From a virus, in the IMG/VR virus record IMGVR_UViG_3300012933_000343, positions 1 to 53,779 of that record: 53,779 bases of DNA, one strand, 5' to 3'. The notes beneath the pieces were generated by a model. That model was not told where the DNA came from. It saw nothing but the letters and a program-made list of their open reading frames with translations, and ran no database searches. Shown one piece after another: positions 22,307 through 30,239 of this stretch (its first letter is position 1; every line of letters begins with the position of its first letter). Made by a program: the position numbers and the translations under genes.

Positions 22307-22900
22307 ATGTCCTCGACAAGCGCACCTTTTGGCTTTCGCGCCTCTTACCACAACAGTGGTCAGATGCGTCCCAAAGCCTACACCGTAGCGAGCACCTACG
22401 CCGCCAACATTTTCTCGGGCGACCCCGTGAAGTTGACCGACGCTGGTGTTATTCAACTGGGCACCTCTGACGGCACCCGTTCCGGCACTACAGACGGCAT
22501 TACCCTCCTGGGTATCTTCGCTGGCTGCCAGTACCTGGACGCGACCGGCAAGCCCACCATCAGCCCCTTCTGGCCAAGCGGCACCACAGGCACTGAAATC
22601 ACTGCCTGGGTGTTTGATGATCCAGAAACGCTGTTCGATGTGCAGTACAACAACCCCTCCGCTGGTACCACCGTGCAAACGGCTGTCGGCGAAGAGTGCG
22701 ACTGGACTGTTGCCTCGCCTGGTGGCTCAACCCAAACGGGCCTGAGCAACACCTACCTCACCGCCATCCAGTCGACTTCTGGCCAGTTCCAGATCACCGG
22801 CTTCGGATACAACATCAACGACTCGCTGACTGACGCTTATGTCACGGCCACTGTTCGCATCAACGAACACGCCTACAAAGCAGCGGTCAACAGCATCTAA
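22307..22900 (+). CDS. Head decoration-like / capsid accessory protein (197 aa)
   Basis: Track ORF, aaggag SD, Gly/Thr-rich beta-type sequence immediately upstream of the major capsid gene (the lambda gpD position). Confidence 0.45.
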   Translation: MSSTSAPFGFRASYHNSGQMRPKAYTVASTYAANIFSGDPVKLTDAGVIQLGTSDGTRSGTTDGITLLGIFAGCQYLDATGKPTISPFWPSGTTGTEITAWVFDDPETLFDVQYNNPSAGTTVQTAVGEECDWTVASPGGSTQTGLSNTYLTAIQSTSGQFQITGFGYNINDSLTDAYVTATVRINEHAYKAAVNSI

Positions 22901-22913
22901 GGAGGGCTGAAAC

Positions 22914-23828
22914 ATGGCAACCCCAATGCGCAGTACGGACTTCCGTTCCGTAGTCGAGCCCATCCTGAACGAAGTGTTCGATGGTGTTTATGAGCAACGT
23001 GCCGACGAGTGGAAACAAGTGTTCCGCGAGCAAAAAGGCATCCCACGCAACTACCATGAAGAGCCCGTCTTGTACGGCTTCGGCGCAGCTCCTGAGCTGC
23101 CCGACGGCATGGCAGTGACGTACCAGTCCGGCGGCGTGCTGTTCTTGCAGCGCTACCTGTACAAGGTGTACGGCTTGGCCTTTGCTTTGACCAAAGTTTT
23201 GGTTGAAGACGGCGACCACATCCGTATCGGCCAGACTTACGCCAAGCACTTGGCTCAGTCGCTGATCGAGACCAAAGAGACCCTGGCTGCCAACATCTTG
23301 AACCGTGCATTCAACGGCGCGTACACAGGTGGCGACGGCGTGGCTCTGGTTTCCACGGCTCACCCCATCGTCAACGGCACGTTCAGCAACCAGCTGTCCA
23401 CCGCCGCTGCCCTGTCGCAGACGTCCCTCGAGCAGATGCTGATTCAGATTCGCAATGCTGTGGACAACAACGGCAAGCGCATCCGCCTGACACCCAAGAA
23501 GATCGTCACCGGTCCTTCCAACGTGTTCTCGGCTGAAGTGCTGCTGAAGTCCGTGCTGCGCACTGGCACCGCTGACAACGACATCAACCCTGTGAAATCG
23601 ATGGGCTTGCTGGCCGAAGGCCAGGCCAACTTGTCGCGTATCACTTCCACCACAGCCTGGTGGGTTCAGACCGACGCTCCCGAAGGTCTGAAACTGTTGA
23701 TGCGTCGCGGCCTGGAGAAATCCATGGAAGGCGACTTCGAAACCGACAGCATGCGTTACAAGGCCACAGAGCGTTACGTTCTGGGCTGGACTGACCCACG
23801 CGGCGTGTTCGGCACATCCGGCATCTGA
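22914..23828 (+). CDS. Major capsid protein (304 aa)
   Basis: Track ORF, aaggag SD, followed by the strongest terminator in the window. Size and position are typical of HK97-fold capsid proteins. C-terminal ...TTAWWVQTD...Y pattern. Confidence 0.75.
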   Translation: MATPMRSTDFRSVVEPILNEVFDGVYEQRADEWKQVFREQKGIPRNYHEEPVLYGFGAAPELPDGMAVTYQSGGVLFLQRYLYKVYGLAFALTKVLVEDGDHIRIGQTYAKHLAQSLIETKETLAANILNRAFNGAYTGGDGVALVSTAHPIVNGTFSNQLSTAAALSQTSLEQMLIQIRNAVDNNGKRIRLTPKKIVTGPSNVFSAEVLLKSVLRTGTADNDINPVKSMGLLAEGQANLSRITSTTAWWVQTDAPEGLKLLMRRGLEKSMEGDFETDSMRYKATERYVLGWTDPRGVFGTSGI

Positions 23829-23862
23829 CGCGGACTTAACGGGCTTCGGTCCAATCCAAAAA

Positions 23863-23887
23863 GGGGGCTTCGGCCCCCTTTTCTTTT
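23863..23887 (+). terminator. Rho-independent terminator after the major capsid gene
   Basis: GGGGGC-ttcg-GCCCCC stem-loop followed by TTTTCTTTT. Confidence 0.85.
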
Positions 23888-24517
23888 GTTGGCACACCCT
23901 TTAAAATTGGGCCAAAAGGGTTGTTTATGCCATACAAAATCGACGTAGTTGGAATATACAAAATCGTTAACAAGGCCACGGGGCATTGCTACGTTGGCCA
24001 ATCTCAATATGTCAAAAAAAGGCTTAAAGAGCATTTCAGGCTGCTTCGTTTAAACAAGCACCCAAACGGGCACTTGCAAAATTCTTACAACAAATACGGG
24101 CTTGAGAATTTTTACGGCTCAATTGAAATTGAGTGCGATAGCACCGTTGATTTAGACCAGCTTGAGGAGATGTTTATTTCTGGGGCTGCTTGGTTTGATC
24201 AACCCACTGTTTACAACATTGCTGATTTTGCTAAAGCTCCAATGCGTGGAAAAACGCATAGTGCCGAGGTAAGAATGCGAATCAGCGCAGGAAGAAACGC
24301 AACAACATTTGACTACAGAAGTCCGGAATATCGGGAAACTTTGTCAAGAGCGCAAATGGCACGCTTTCATTCAGACCAAAAATTTATGGCAAAAGTAAAG
24401 TTTATATTGGACAATTCCGACCTGTCATATGCTGAGCGTGGAAGACGTCTTGGTGCCGACACAAGCTCAGTGCGAAGGATTGCGCTGAGGTATCAACATC
24501 TCAAAGGAGTACCGTAA
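23888..24517 (+). mobile_element. Free-standing homing-endonuclease gene cassette (GIY-YIG) inserted between the capsid terminator and the next structural gene
   Basis: The segment is markedly AT-richer than its surroundings (hand counts of 35-48% GC per 60 nt against about 60% around it). It starts right after the terminator and ends with TAATG overlapping the next gene. Confidence 0.6.
23927..24517 (+). CDS. GIY-YIG family homing endonuclease (196 aa)
   Basis: VGIYKIVNKATGHCYVGQS...RLKEH...N..LQNSYNKYG..NF (GIY-YIG core), followed by NUMOD-like HSAEVRMRISAGR. Confidence 0.88.
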   Translation: MPYKIDVVGIYKIVNKATGHCYVGQSQYVKKRLKEHFRLLRLNKHPNGHLQNSYNKYGLENFYGSIEIECDSTVDLDQLEEMFISGAAWFDQPTVYNIADFAKAPMRGKTHSAEVRMRISAGRNATTFDYRSPEYRETLSRAQMARFHSDQKFMAKVKFILDNSDLSYAERGRRLGADTSSVRRIALRYQHLKGVP

Positions 24518-24888
24518 TGGCTCAAACTCGATTTTCCGGCCCCGTTGCGTCTGATAACGGCTTTATCGGCACAGTCACCGGCAACGTCACGGGCGACGTT
24601 ATTGCCACCAACCAAGCCCTGTCTGGCGCTGGCGCTGTCAATTTGACAGACATGCTCACCAGCCTGACAAGCACTGGCTCAGCCCAGGCGCTCACGTTGG
24701 CCAACGGTACTTTGGGTCAACTCAAAATCATCAGCCACGTTGTGGACGGCGGCTCCGCTGTGCTGACGCCCACCACCAAGATTGGCTTTACGACCATCAC
24801 GTTCACCGGTGTTGGCGAGTCCGCCATGCTGGTGTACACCGCTGCTGGCTGGGCCATCGTTGCTTTGAACGGCGCTGTTGCGGCCTAA
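24517..24888 (+). CDS. Virion structural protein, hypothetical (123 aa)
   Basis: Track ORF; Gly/Thr/Ala-rich beta-type sequence in the head-tail module. Confidence 0.55.
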   Translation: MAQTRFSGPVASDNGFIGTVTGNVTGDVIATNQALSGAGAVNLTDMLTSLTSTGSAQALTLANGTLGQLKIISHVVDGGSAVLTPTTKIGFTTITFTGVGESAMLVYTAAGWAIVALNGAVAA

Positions 24889-24894
24889 TTCAAA

Positions 24895-24916
24895 CCGGGG
24901 CCTTGACTGGCCCCGG
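24895..24916 (+). terminator. Stable GC hairpin after 24517..24888 (possible terminator or mRNA stabiliser; no U-tract)
   Basis: CCGGGGCC-ttgact-GGCCCCGG, a perfect 8-bp stem 7 nt after the stop. Confidence 0.3.
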
Positions 24917-24942
24917 CTCCATCATTCAAACAGGAGCGCAAC

Positions 24943-25356
24943 ATGGCTGACGCAGTAACTTCTCAAACAATCCTTGACGGTGAGCGCCTGTTCATCGGCA
25001 AGTTCACCAACATCAGCGACGGCACCGGTGAAACGGGGGCCCTCAAGATCGACGTGTCCACACTGGCCCCTAGTGCATCGGGCAACGCCTGCAACGGCAT
25101 CAAGATCAACAAGATTTGGGCTCAGACTTTTGGCATGTCTGTGGATATCCTATGGGATGCCACGACCGATCTGCTGTGCGAGACCATTCCCGAGAATCAG
25201 TTTTACTTGATGGACTACAGCTCGTTTGGTGGTTTTCCAAACAACGCTGGCGCAGGCAAGACTGGCGACGTGCTGTTTTCAACTGTGGGGGCGGCATCGG
25301 GCGACCGGTACACCATCACCATTGAAGGCATCAAAACCTACAATGTCCCAGCTTAA
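24943..25356 (+). CDS. Virion structural protein, hypothetical (137 aa)
   Basis: Track ORF; caggag SD. Confidence 0.55.
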   Translation: MADAVTSQTILDGERLFIGKFTNISDGTGETGALKIDVSTLAPSASGNACNGIKINKIWAQTFGMSVDILWDATTDLLCETIPENQFYLMDYSSFGGFPNNAGAGKTGDVLFSTVGAASGDRYTITIEGIKTYNVPA

Positions 25357-25380
25357 CACTGGGCGCAAAGGTAAATCGTC

Positions 25381-25623
25381 ATGGAGATGATGCTTTGGAA
25401 TGTGGCCCTCAGTGCAATTGTGGCGGTCATGGGATTTTTGCTTAAGAGCAAGTTTGACGAGCTGGATCGGTTGAGTATTTTGCTCAACCGCACCCGCGAA
25501 GAGGTCGCTCGAGACCACATCACTCGCGCCGAGTTCAGGGCGGACATGCAACAACTGCTTGATCGGTTTGACCGAATTGAGCGCAAGATCGACAATTTAA
25601 AAGGTCATCCCGAACGGGAATGA
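25381..25623 (+). CDS. Small membrane-anchored coiled-coil protein (80 aa)
   Basis: Track ORF; N-terminal hydrophobic helix (LWNVALSAIVAVMGFLL) followed by a charged helical segment. Confidence 0.5.
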   Translation: MEMMLWNVALSAIVAVMGFLLKSKFDELDRLSILLNRTREEVARDHITRAEFRADMQQLLDRFDRIERKIDNLKGHPERE

Positions 25624-25634
25624 AGGAGCGCATC

Positions 25635-26162
25635 ATGGGCTGCACATACGTCAAAGAGTTCGACTTCGGAACCAAAAAAGCCGATGGCGGCGTGGTGAAA
25701 TACGCCAAGGGTGGCAAGGTTCAAAACCCTGGCATGCTGGCCGACAACAGCAATCTGGGCATCAAAGGCAACAAGAACCCTGGCATCAAAGGCGCAAAGC
25801 CTGTGGCTCCAGACCTGCCCACACTGAAGCTGGCCAAGGGCGGCGCTTGCAAGTCCGCCTACGCAGAGGGTGGCAAGGTCCACAGCGATGCGGCGATGGA
25901 CAAGAAAAGCATGGTCAAAGCTGTGCACAAGCATGAGAAAGCGCTGCACAAGGGCGAGCCTTTGACCAAGCTGGCCAAGGGCGGCAAGGTTCCACGCGTT
26001 GAGGCTATGGAAAAGCGCGAGATGGCCGAGACTCCAAGCATGCGCCGCGAGTCGGCCATGAGCAGCCGCAAGGTGCAAGCTCCCGTGCGCAAAATGGTCC
26101 CCGTCTCTCCCCGTGAGCCGATGTTGGCCATGAAAAAAGGCGGTAAAGCCTCGATGTGCTGA
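25635..26162 (+). CDS. Lys-rich basic protein with repeated A-K-G-G-K-V motifs (175 aa); possible internal or DNA-associated virion protein
   Basis: Track ORF 25620..26162 trimmed to MGCTYVKEF... (aaggag SD 6 nt upstream). Motifs ADGGVV, YAKGGKV, LAKGGAC, YAEGGKV, LAKGGKV, MKKGGKA. Confidence 0.55.
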   Translation: MGCTYVKEFDFGTKKADGGVVKYAKGGKVQNPGMLADNSNLGIKGNKNPGIKGAKPVAPDLPTLKLAKGGACKSAYAEGGKVHSDAAMDKKSMVKAVHKHEKALHKGEPLTKLAKGGKVPRVEAMEKREMAETPSMRRESAMSSRKVQAPVRKMVPVSPREPMLAMKKGGKASMC

Positions 26163-26176
26163 TCAGTGTGAGCAAG

Positions 26177-26195
26177 GCGGCAGGTTTGCCGCTTT
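26177..26195 (+). terminator. Weak intrinsic terminator candidate
   Basis: GCGGCA-ggtt-TGCCGC followed by TTT, 15 nt after the stop at 26162. Confidence 0.3.
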
Positions 26196-26215
26196 GCGTC
26201 CTCTTGATCTACAAT
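26186..26215 (+). promoter_or_regulatory. Promoter candidate (TTGCCG-N18-TACAAT) with a TTCCC downstream motif
   Basis: Lies in the 117-nt gap before 26280. The -10-like TACAATTCCCAA resembles TATAATTTCCCC (21701) and TATAATTCCCGC (33009). Confidence 0.3.
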
Positions 26216-26279
26216 TCCCAAAACCCTCAAAAGGGCACGCTGGAACGGCGGCCATCTGACGACCCAACACGGAGTTAGC

Positions 26280-27272
26280 ATGGCCTTTTCCGGCAGCATA
26301 AGCAACACGACATTCAATGCACTGAAGGTGGTCGATACCGCCTTTCGTCGTTGCCGCCTGCCAGCGCAAGCGATCACAGCGGAAATGCAAAGCTACGCGC
26401 TTGAAGCCCTGTATTTGCTGCTGAGCGACCTGGCCAACACCAAGACCCCGAGCTGGTGCATTGAGCGCCAGATTTACCCGTTCTACGAGGGGCAGCCCAT
26501 CGTTACGCTGACGAACGGCACCGTTGAGGTGTTGAACGCAAACCTGCGCACGCTGCAGGAGCTGACCGGCACCACCGTGGCGCTGTCCCAGAGCTACACG
26601 GTGGACTTCACGGACCAGGATGGCGGCGTGGGTACCGTCAACACCGTGGGCGTGAAATGGCTTGGTGCTGCCGTGGACTTGACATTCCAGACCTCGCGCG
26701 ACGGAATCATCTGGGCCACCGTTGGCACGCAAACAACCGAGGCATCTTCTGGCGAGTGGACATGGACGGACGTTGTGCCTGCGCTGGCCAAAGAGTTCTT
26801 CCGCATCACCAGCACCGCGCCGATGCTTCTCGAGGAGGTTTACCTGGGCACGCTGCCGCAGGAAATCCCCATGGGCCCTTTGAACCGCGACACCTATGTG
26901 GCGCAAAGCAACAAGGTGTTCTTGGGCCGTCCGCTGACTTACTGGTTCCAGCGCGACCTGCCTCAGCCCGTGATGAACTTGTGGCCAAGCCCGAATCTGG
27001 CGGCCGAGCACCAGCAGCTGATTGTGTGGCGTCACCGCCACATCATGGACACGCAAAACCTGCGCCAAGACGTCGAGGTGCCTCAGCGTTGGCTTGAGGC
27101 GATCGTGGCGGGCTTGGCCTCGCGCGTCGCCGCCGAGACTCCGTCGGTGGACCCATCGCTGGTCGGCATGCTGGACCAGAAGTGGTACCTTGCGCGTCAG
27201 GCTGCGTGGGACGGCGACAACGACGGCTCGCCAACGTACATTAACCCCGGCATCGGCTGCTACACGAAGTAA
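26280..27272 (+). CDS. Virion structural protein (330 aa), possibly head-tail adaptor or tail component
   Basis: Track ORF; position after the head genes and before the fibres; no diagnostic motif. Confidence 0.45.
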   Translation: MAFSGSISNTTFNALKVVDTAFRRCRLPAQAITAEMQSYALEALYLLLSDLANTKTPSWCIERQIYPFYEGQPIVTLTNGTVEVLNANLRTLQELTGTTVALSQSYTVDFTDQDGGVGTVNTVGVKWLGAAVDLTFQTSRDGIIWATVGTQTTEASSGEWTWTDVVPALAKEFFRITSTAPMLLEEVYLGTLPQEIPMGPLNRDTYVAQSNKVFLGRPLTYWFQRDLPQPVMNLWPSPNLAAEHQQLIVWRHRHIMDTQNLRQDVEVPQRWLEAIVAGLASRVAAETPSVDPSLVGMLDQKWYLARQAAWDGDNDGSPTYINPGIGCYTK

Positions 27273-27275
27273 GAC

Positions 27276-27584
27276 ATGCCGCGCTTTATTGACCCCACCG
27301 GCGAGCCAACCTACGGGATTGGCATTTGCGCGCGTTGCTCGCGCAAGTTTCGGCTGGCTGAGCTGCGCCCGGACCCAAACTACCCGGCGTTGATGGTCTG
27401 CGATGAGGACACGGACGACTATGACCCTTATCGACTGGCCCCGCGCAAGGAAGACCAGATTGTTTTGCCGTTTGTGCGGCCCGATGTTCCCGTGACAACC
27501 AGCCCTTCCGGCGTGATCACGCAAGACGGGTCGCGTTTTGTTGTGACTGAAGATGGGCAGCGGTTCATCTACATCGTGGATTAA
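27276..27584 (+). CDS. Virion-module hypothetical protein (102 aa)
   Basis: Track ORF; contains CARC and an acidic CDEDTDDYDPY segment. Confidence 0.5.
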   Translation: MPRFIDPTGEPTYGIGICARCSRKFRLAELRPDPNYPALMVCDEDTDDYDPYRLAPRKEDQIVLPFVRPDVPVTTSPSGVITQDGSRFVVTEDGQRFIYIVD

Positions 27585-27587
27585 AAA

Positions 27588-30221
27588 ATGGCAACCGTTC
27601 CATCAAACCTCATTCCGGTCAGCATCACGCAGCTTCCCGTTCCTGTAACGCCCGCCTCGGAAGACACGCTGCTGGTTGGCGTCTACCAGGGCGTGACCTA
27701 CAAAATCCGCGCCGGTGACCTGTTGCAGGTGGCCGGTGTTCCTTTGAGCCGCCAGGTGATCGCTGGCACGGGGCTTACGGGCGGAGGTGCGCTGTCCGCA
27801 AACGTGACCCTGTCGGTTGCCCCGGGCGGCATCGGCACCGCGCAGTTGGCCAGCTCTGGCGTGACGCCTGGTGTGTATGGCGACGGCTCGAATGTGCCGC
27901 AGCTCACCGTTGACGCCACCGGCCGCGTGATGGCTGCGACGTCGGTGCCGATCTCGATTTCAGGCTACGTGCCTACCAGCCGCGAGGTGATCGCTGGAAA
28001 CGGCCTGACCGGCGGTGGCCCGTTATCCTCGAACGTCACGCTTGCTGTGAATTACGGCGGCACGCCGCTGGCCGGTACCGGCTCGGGCTCCGCAGGCGCG
28101 GCGCTGACCCTCTCGCGCTCGGACCACCGCCACCCAGCGGTTGATCTGGCCGACCAAACGCAGATCGATGGCATCTTGCCGATCGACCAAGGCGGTACAA
28201 GCCGGAGCCTCACGATGCAGCCTGGCGCTGTCGTTTGGTCCGGTGGTGATGGTCTCTACGTTGGCACGGCGGGTGTGAGTGGTCAGGTGCTGGTGTCGGG
28301 CGGTACCGGCGCACCCACATGGGGCTCGGCGCTTGTGGTGTCCCCGCAGATTGCAAACTCTGTTTTTGCCGGCCCAACAAGCGGCAGCTCAGCAGACCCG
28401 ACATTTCGCACGCTGGTGAATGCCGATCTTCCCGCCTCGGGCGTGGTGGCCGCAACTTATGGCTCCGGCTCTTTGGTGCCTGTCCTGGTTGTGAACAGTA
28501 AGGGTGTGGTGACCAGCGCCAGCAGCACGGCCGTGACGCCCGCTTGGTCCAACGTGACCGGAACGCCCACCACGATTGCTGGGTACGGGATTGTTGACGG
28601 CGTGACGCTGACCGGCGCTCAGACGCTGACCAATAAGACGCTCGGATCAGGCTCAACTTGGAATGGTGATGCGGTGGCTATCTCCTACGGCGGCACCGGA
28701 GCAACTACAGCCTCGGGTGCTCGCACGAATCTTGGCCTCGGCACTATGGCCGTTCAGAACGCCAACTCAGTGGCCGTGACCGGCGGGGCGATTGACGGCA
28801 CAACCGTTGGCGCTACGACGGCGGCTGCGGGCAAGTTCACCACCATTAACGCCACCGGGCGCACAACGCTGCCCGCTTCAACTTCAGGGTTAACGCCTTT
28901 GAATATTGCTGTGGGAGCCACACCCTCAGCACCTGTGGACGGTGACATCTGGGTGGAGGCGAACGGCCTGTTTGCGCATACTGCGGGTTTCACAAACCAG
29001 CTTGACGTGGACACCAATATGTCGGGTGTGCTCAGCATGCCCGGCATCACCATTACCGGGAGTGGCGCAACTTTTAATGCCACCTCGGTGCAGGCGTTTT
29101 TGTTTTCCACCGCAACTTTCACTGGGGATTTTCGCAAGTTCACAATTCCCGCCGCCACTGGATTGGCGTTGGCAGATCAAACAACCACCTACTTGGTTGT
29201 CAAATACAACGGCGGCAGTCCTGTTTTTGATGTCACGCTTAACGTGGCCGACATCAACGGCTCTGATGTGGCGGGAGCAGCGTTGTTGTTCCGCAACGGC
29301 ACAGAGGTGCATCACCAATCGGTGAACTGGGGCCTAGCCCCCGCGAGCCGTAACAACAGACGCCTGATTCAGACCCGACGGTATGAACGGGGTATGGGTT
29401 TGTCTTTGGGCGAGTCAACAGGCAGGGTCATTACTTTGACCTCTGGCGTGATCTGGTACGGGGTGACTGAATACCTTGAAACTGCGCAGACCTCCGCCTC
29501 TAACAACACCGAGTTTTGGTATCACGTGGCGGGCGTTTGGACCAAGTCGGTCGTTTCCGTTTACAACAACAGTCAATACGACAACGGCACAAACCTGGTG
29601 ACGCTGTCGGGAGCGGGTACTCAGTATGCGGTGAACTGGGTGTACCGCTACATTGATGGTGACGCGCTGCCCAAGCTGGCATATGTGCTAGGCGGGGGTA
29701 ACTACAACCTGGCCCAGGCGGTAGCCTCGGGCTCACCCGCTCCGCCCGCTATTTTGTCTCAGATGGCGATTTTGGTCGGGCGCATCATTGTTGCGCAGGG
29801 TGCGTCCACCGCTACGCAGATTGACTCCGCATTCACGCAGGTTTTTGCTGGAACTACGGTCACCGATCACAACGATTTGTCAAGCCTGCAAGGCGGCACC
29901 GTTGACGAGTACTACCACCTGACTTCTGCCGAATACACCGGCACGGGTGCGGGCGTGTTTGTGCGTGCGAGCTCTCCTGTGCTGGTCACGCCCAACTTGG
30001 GCACTCCGAGCGCGCTGGTCGGCACCAACATCACCGGAACCGCGTCAGCTTTGACCGCTGGCAAGGCCACCAACCTGGCCGGCGGCGCGGCTTCTCAGAT
30101 TGCGTATCAGACCGGTGCAGGCGCAACCGGGTTCATTGCCAACGGCACGGCGGGGCAGGTGCTCACGTCGGCGGGCGCAGGCACACCAGTGTGGTCGGGT
30201 ATTTCCGGCGGCACGTTTTAA
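27588..30221 (+). CDS. Tail fibre / tail spike-like protein (877 aa)
   Basis: Repeated fibre motifs (QVIAGTGLTGGGALSANVTLSV / EVIAGNGLTGGGPLSSNVTLAV; VTPGVYGDGSNVPQLTVDATGRVMAAT / VVAATYGSGSLVPVLVVNSKGVVTSAS), YGGTGATTASGARTNLGLG, and C-terminal HNDLSSLQGGTVDEYYHLTSAEY. Confidence 0.8.
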   Translation: MATVPSNLIPVSITQLPVPVTPASEDTLLVGVYQGVTYKIRAGDLLQVAGVPLSRQVIAGTGLTGGGALSANVTLSVAPGGIGTAQLASSGVTPGVYGDGSNVPQLTVDATGRVMAATSVPISISGYVPTSREVIAGNGLTGGGPLSSNVTLAVNYGGTPLAGTGSGSAGAALTLSRSDHRHPAVDLADQTQIDGILPIDQGGTSRSLTMQPGAVVWSGGDGLYVGTAGVSGQVLVSGGTGAPTWGSALVVSPQIANSVFAGPTSGSSADPTFRTLVNADLPASGVVAATYGSGSLVPVLVVNSKGVVTSASSTAVTPAWSNVTGTPTTIAGYGIVDGVTLTGAQTLTNKTLGSGSTWNGDAVAISYGGTGATTASGARTNLGLGTMAVQNANSVAVTGGAIDGTTVGATTAAAGKFTTINATGRTTLPASTSGLTPLNIAVGATPSAPVDGDIWVEANGLFAHTAGFTNQLDVDTNMSGVLSMPGITITGSGATFNATSVQAFLFSTATFTGDFRKFTIPAATGLALADQTTTYLVVKYNGGSPVFDVTLNVADINGSDVAGAALLFRNGTEVHHQSVNWGLAPASRNNRRLIQTRRYERGMGLSLGESTGRVITLTSGVIWYGVTEYLETAQTSASNNTEFWYHVAGVWTKSVVSVYNNSQYDNGTNLVTLSGAGTQYAVNWVYRYIDGDALPKLAYVLGGGNYNLAQAVASGSPAPPAILSQMAILVGRIIVAQGASTATQIDSAFTQVFAGTTVTDHNDLSSLQGGTVDEYYHLTSAEYTGTGAGVFVRASSPVLVTPNLGTPSALVGTNITGTASALTAGKATNLAGGAASQIAYQTGAGATGFIANGTAGQVLTSAGAGTPVWSGISGGTF

Positions 30222-30239
30222 ATTTTCAGAGGAAAAACC

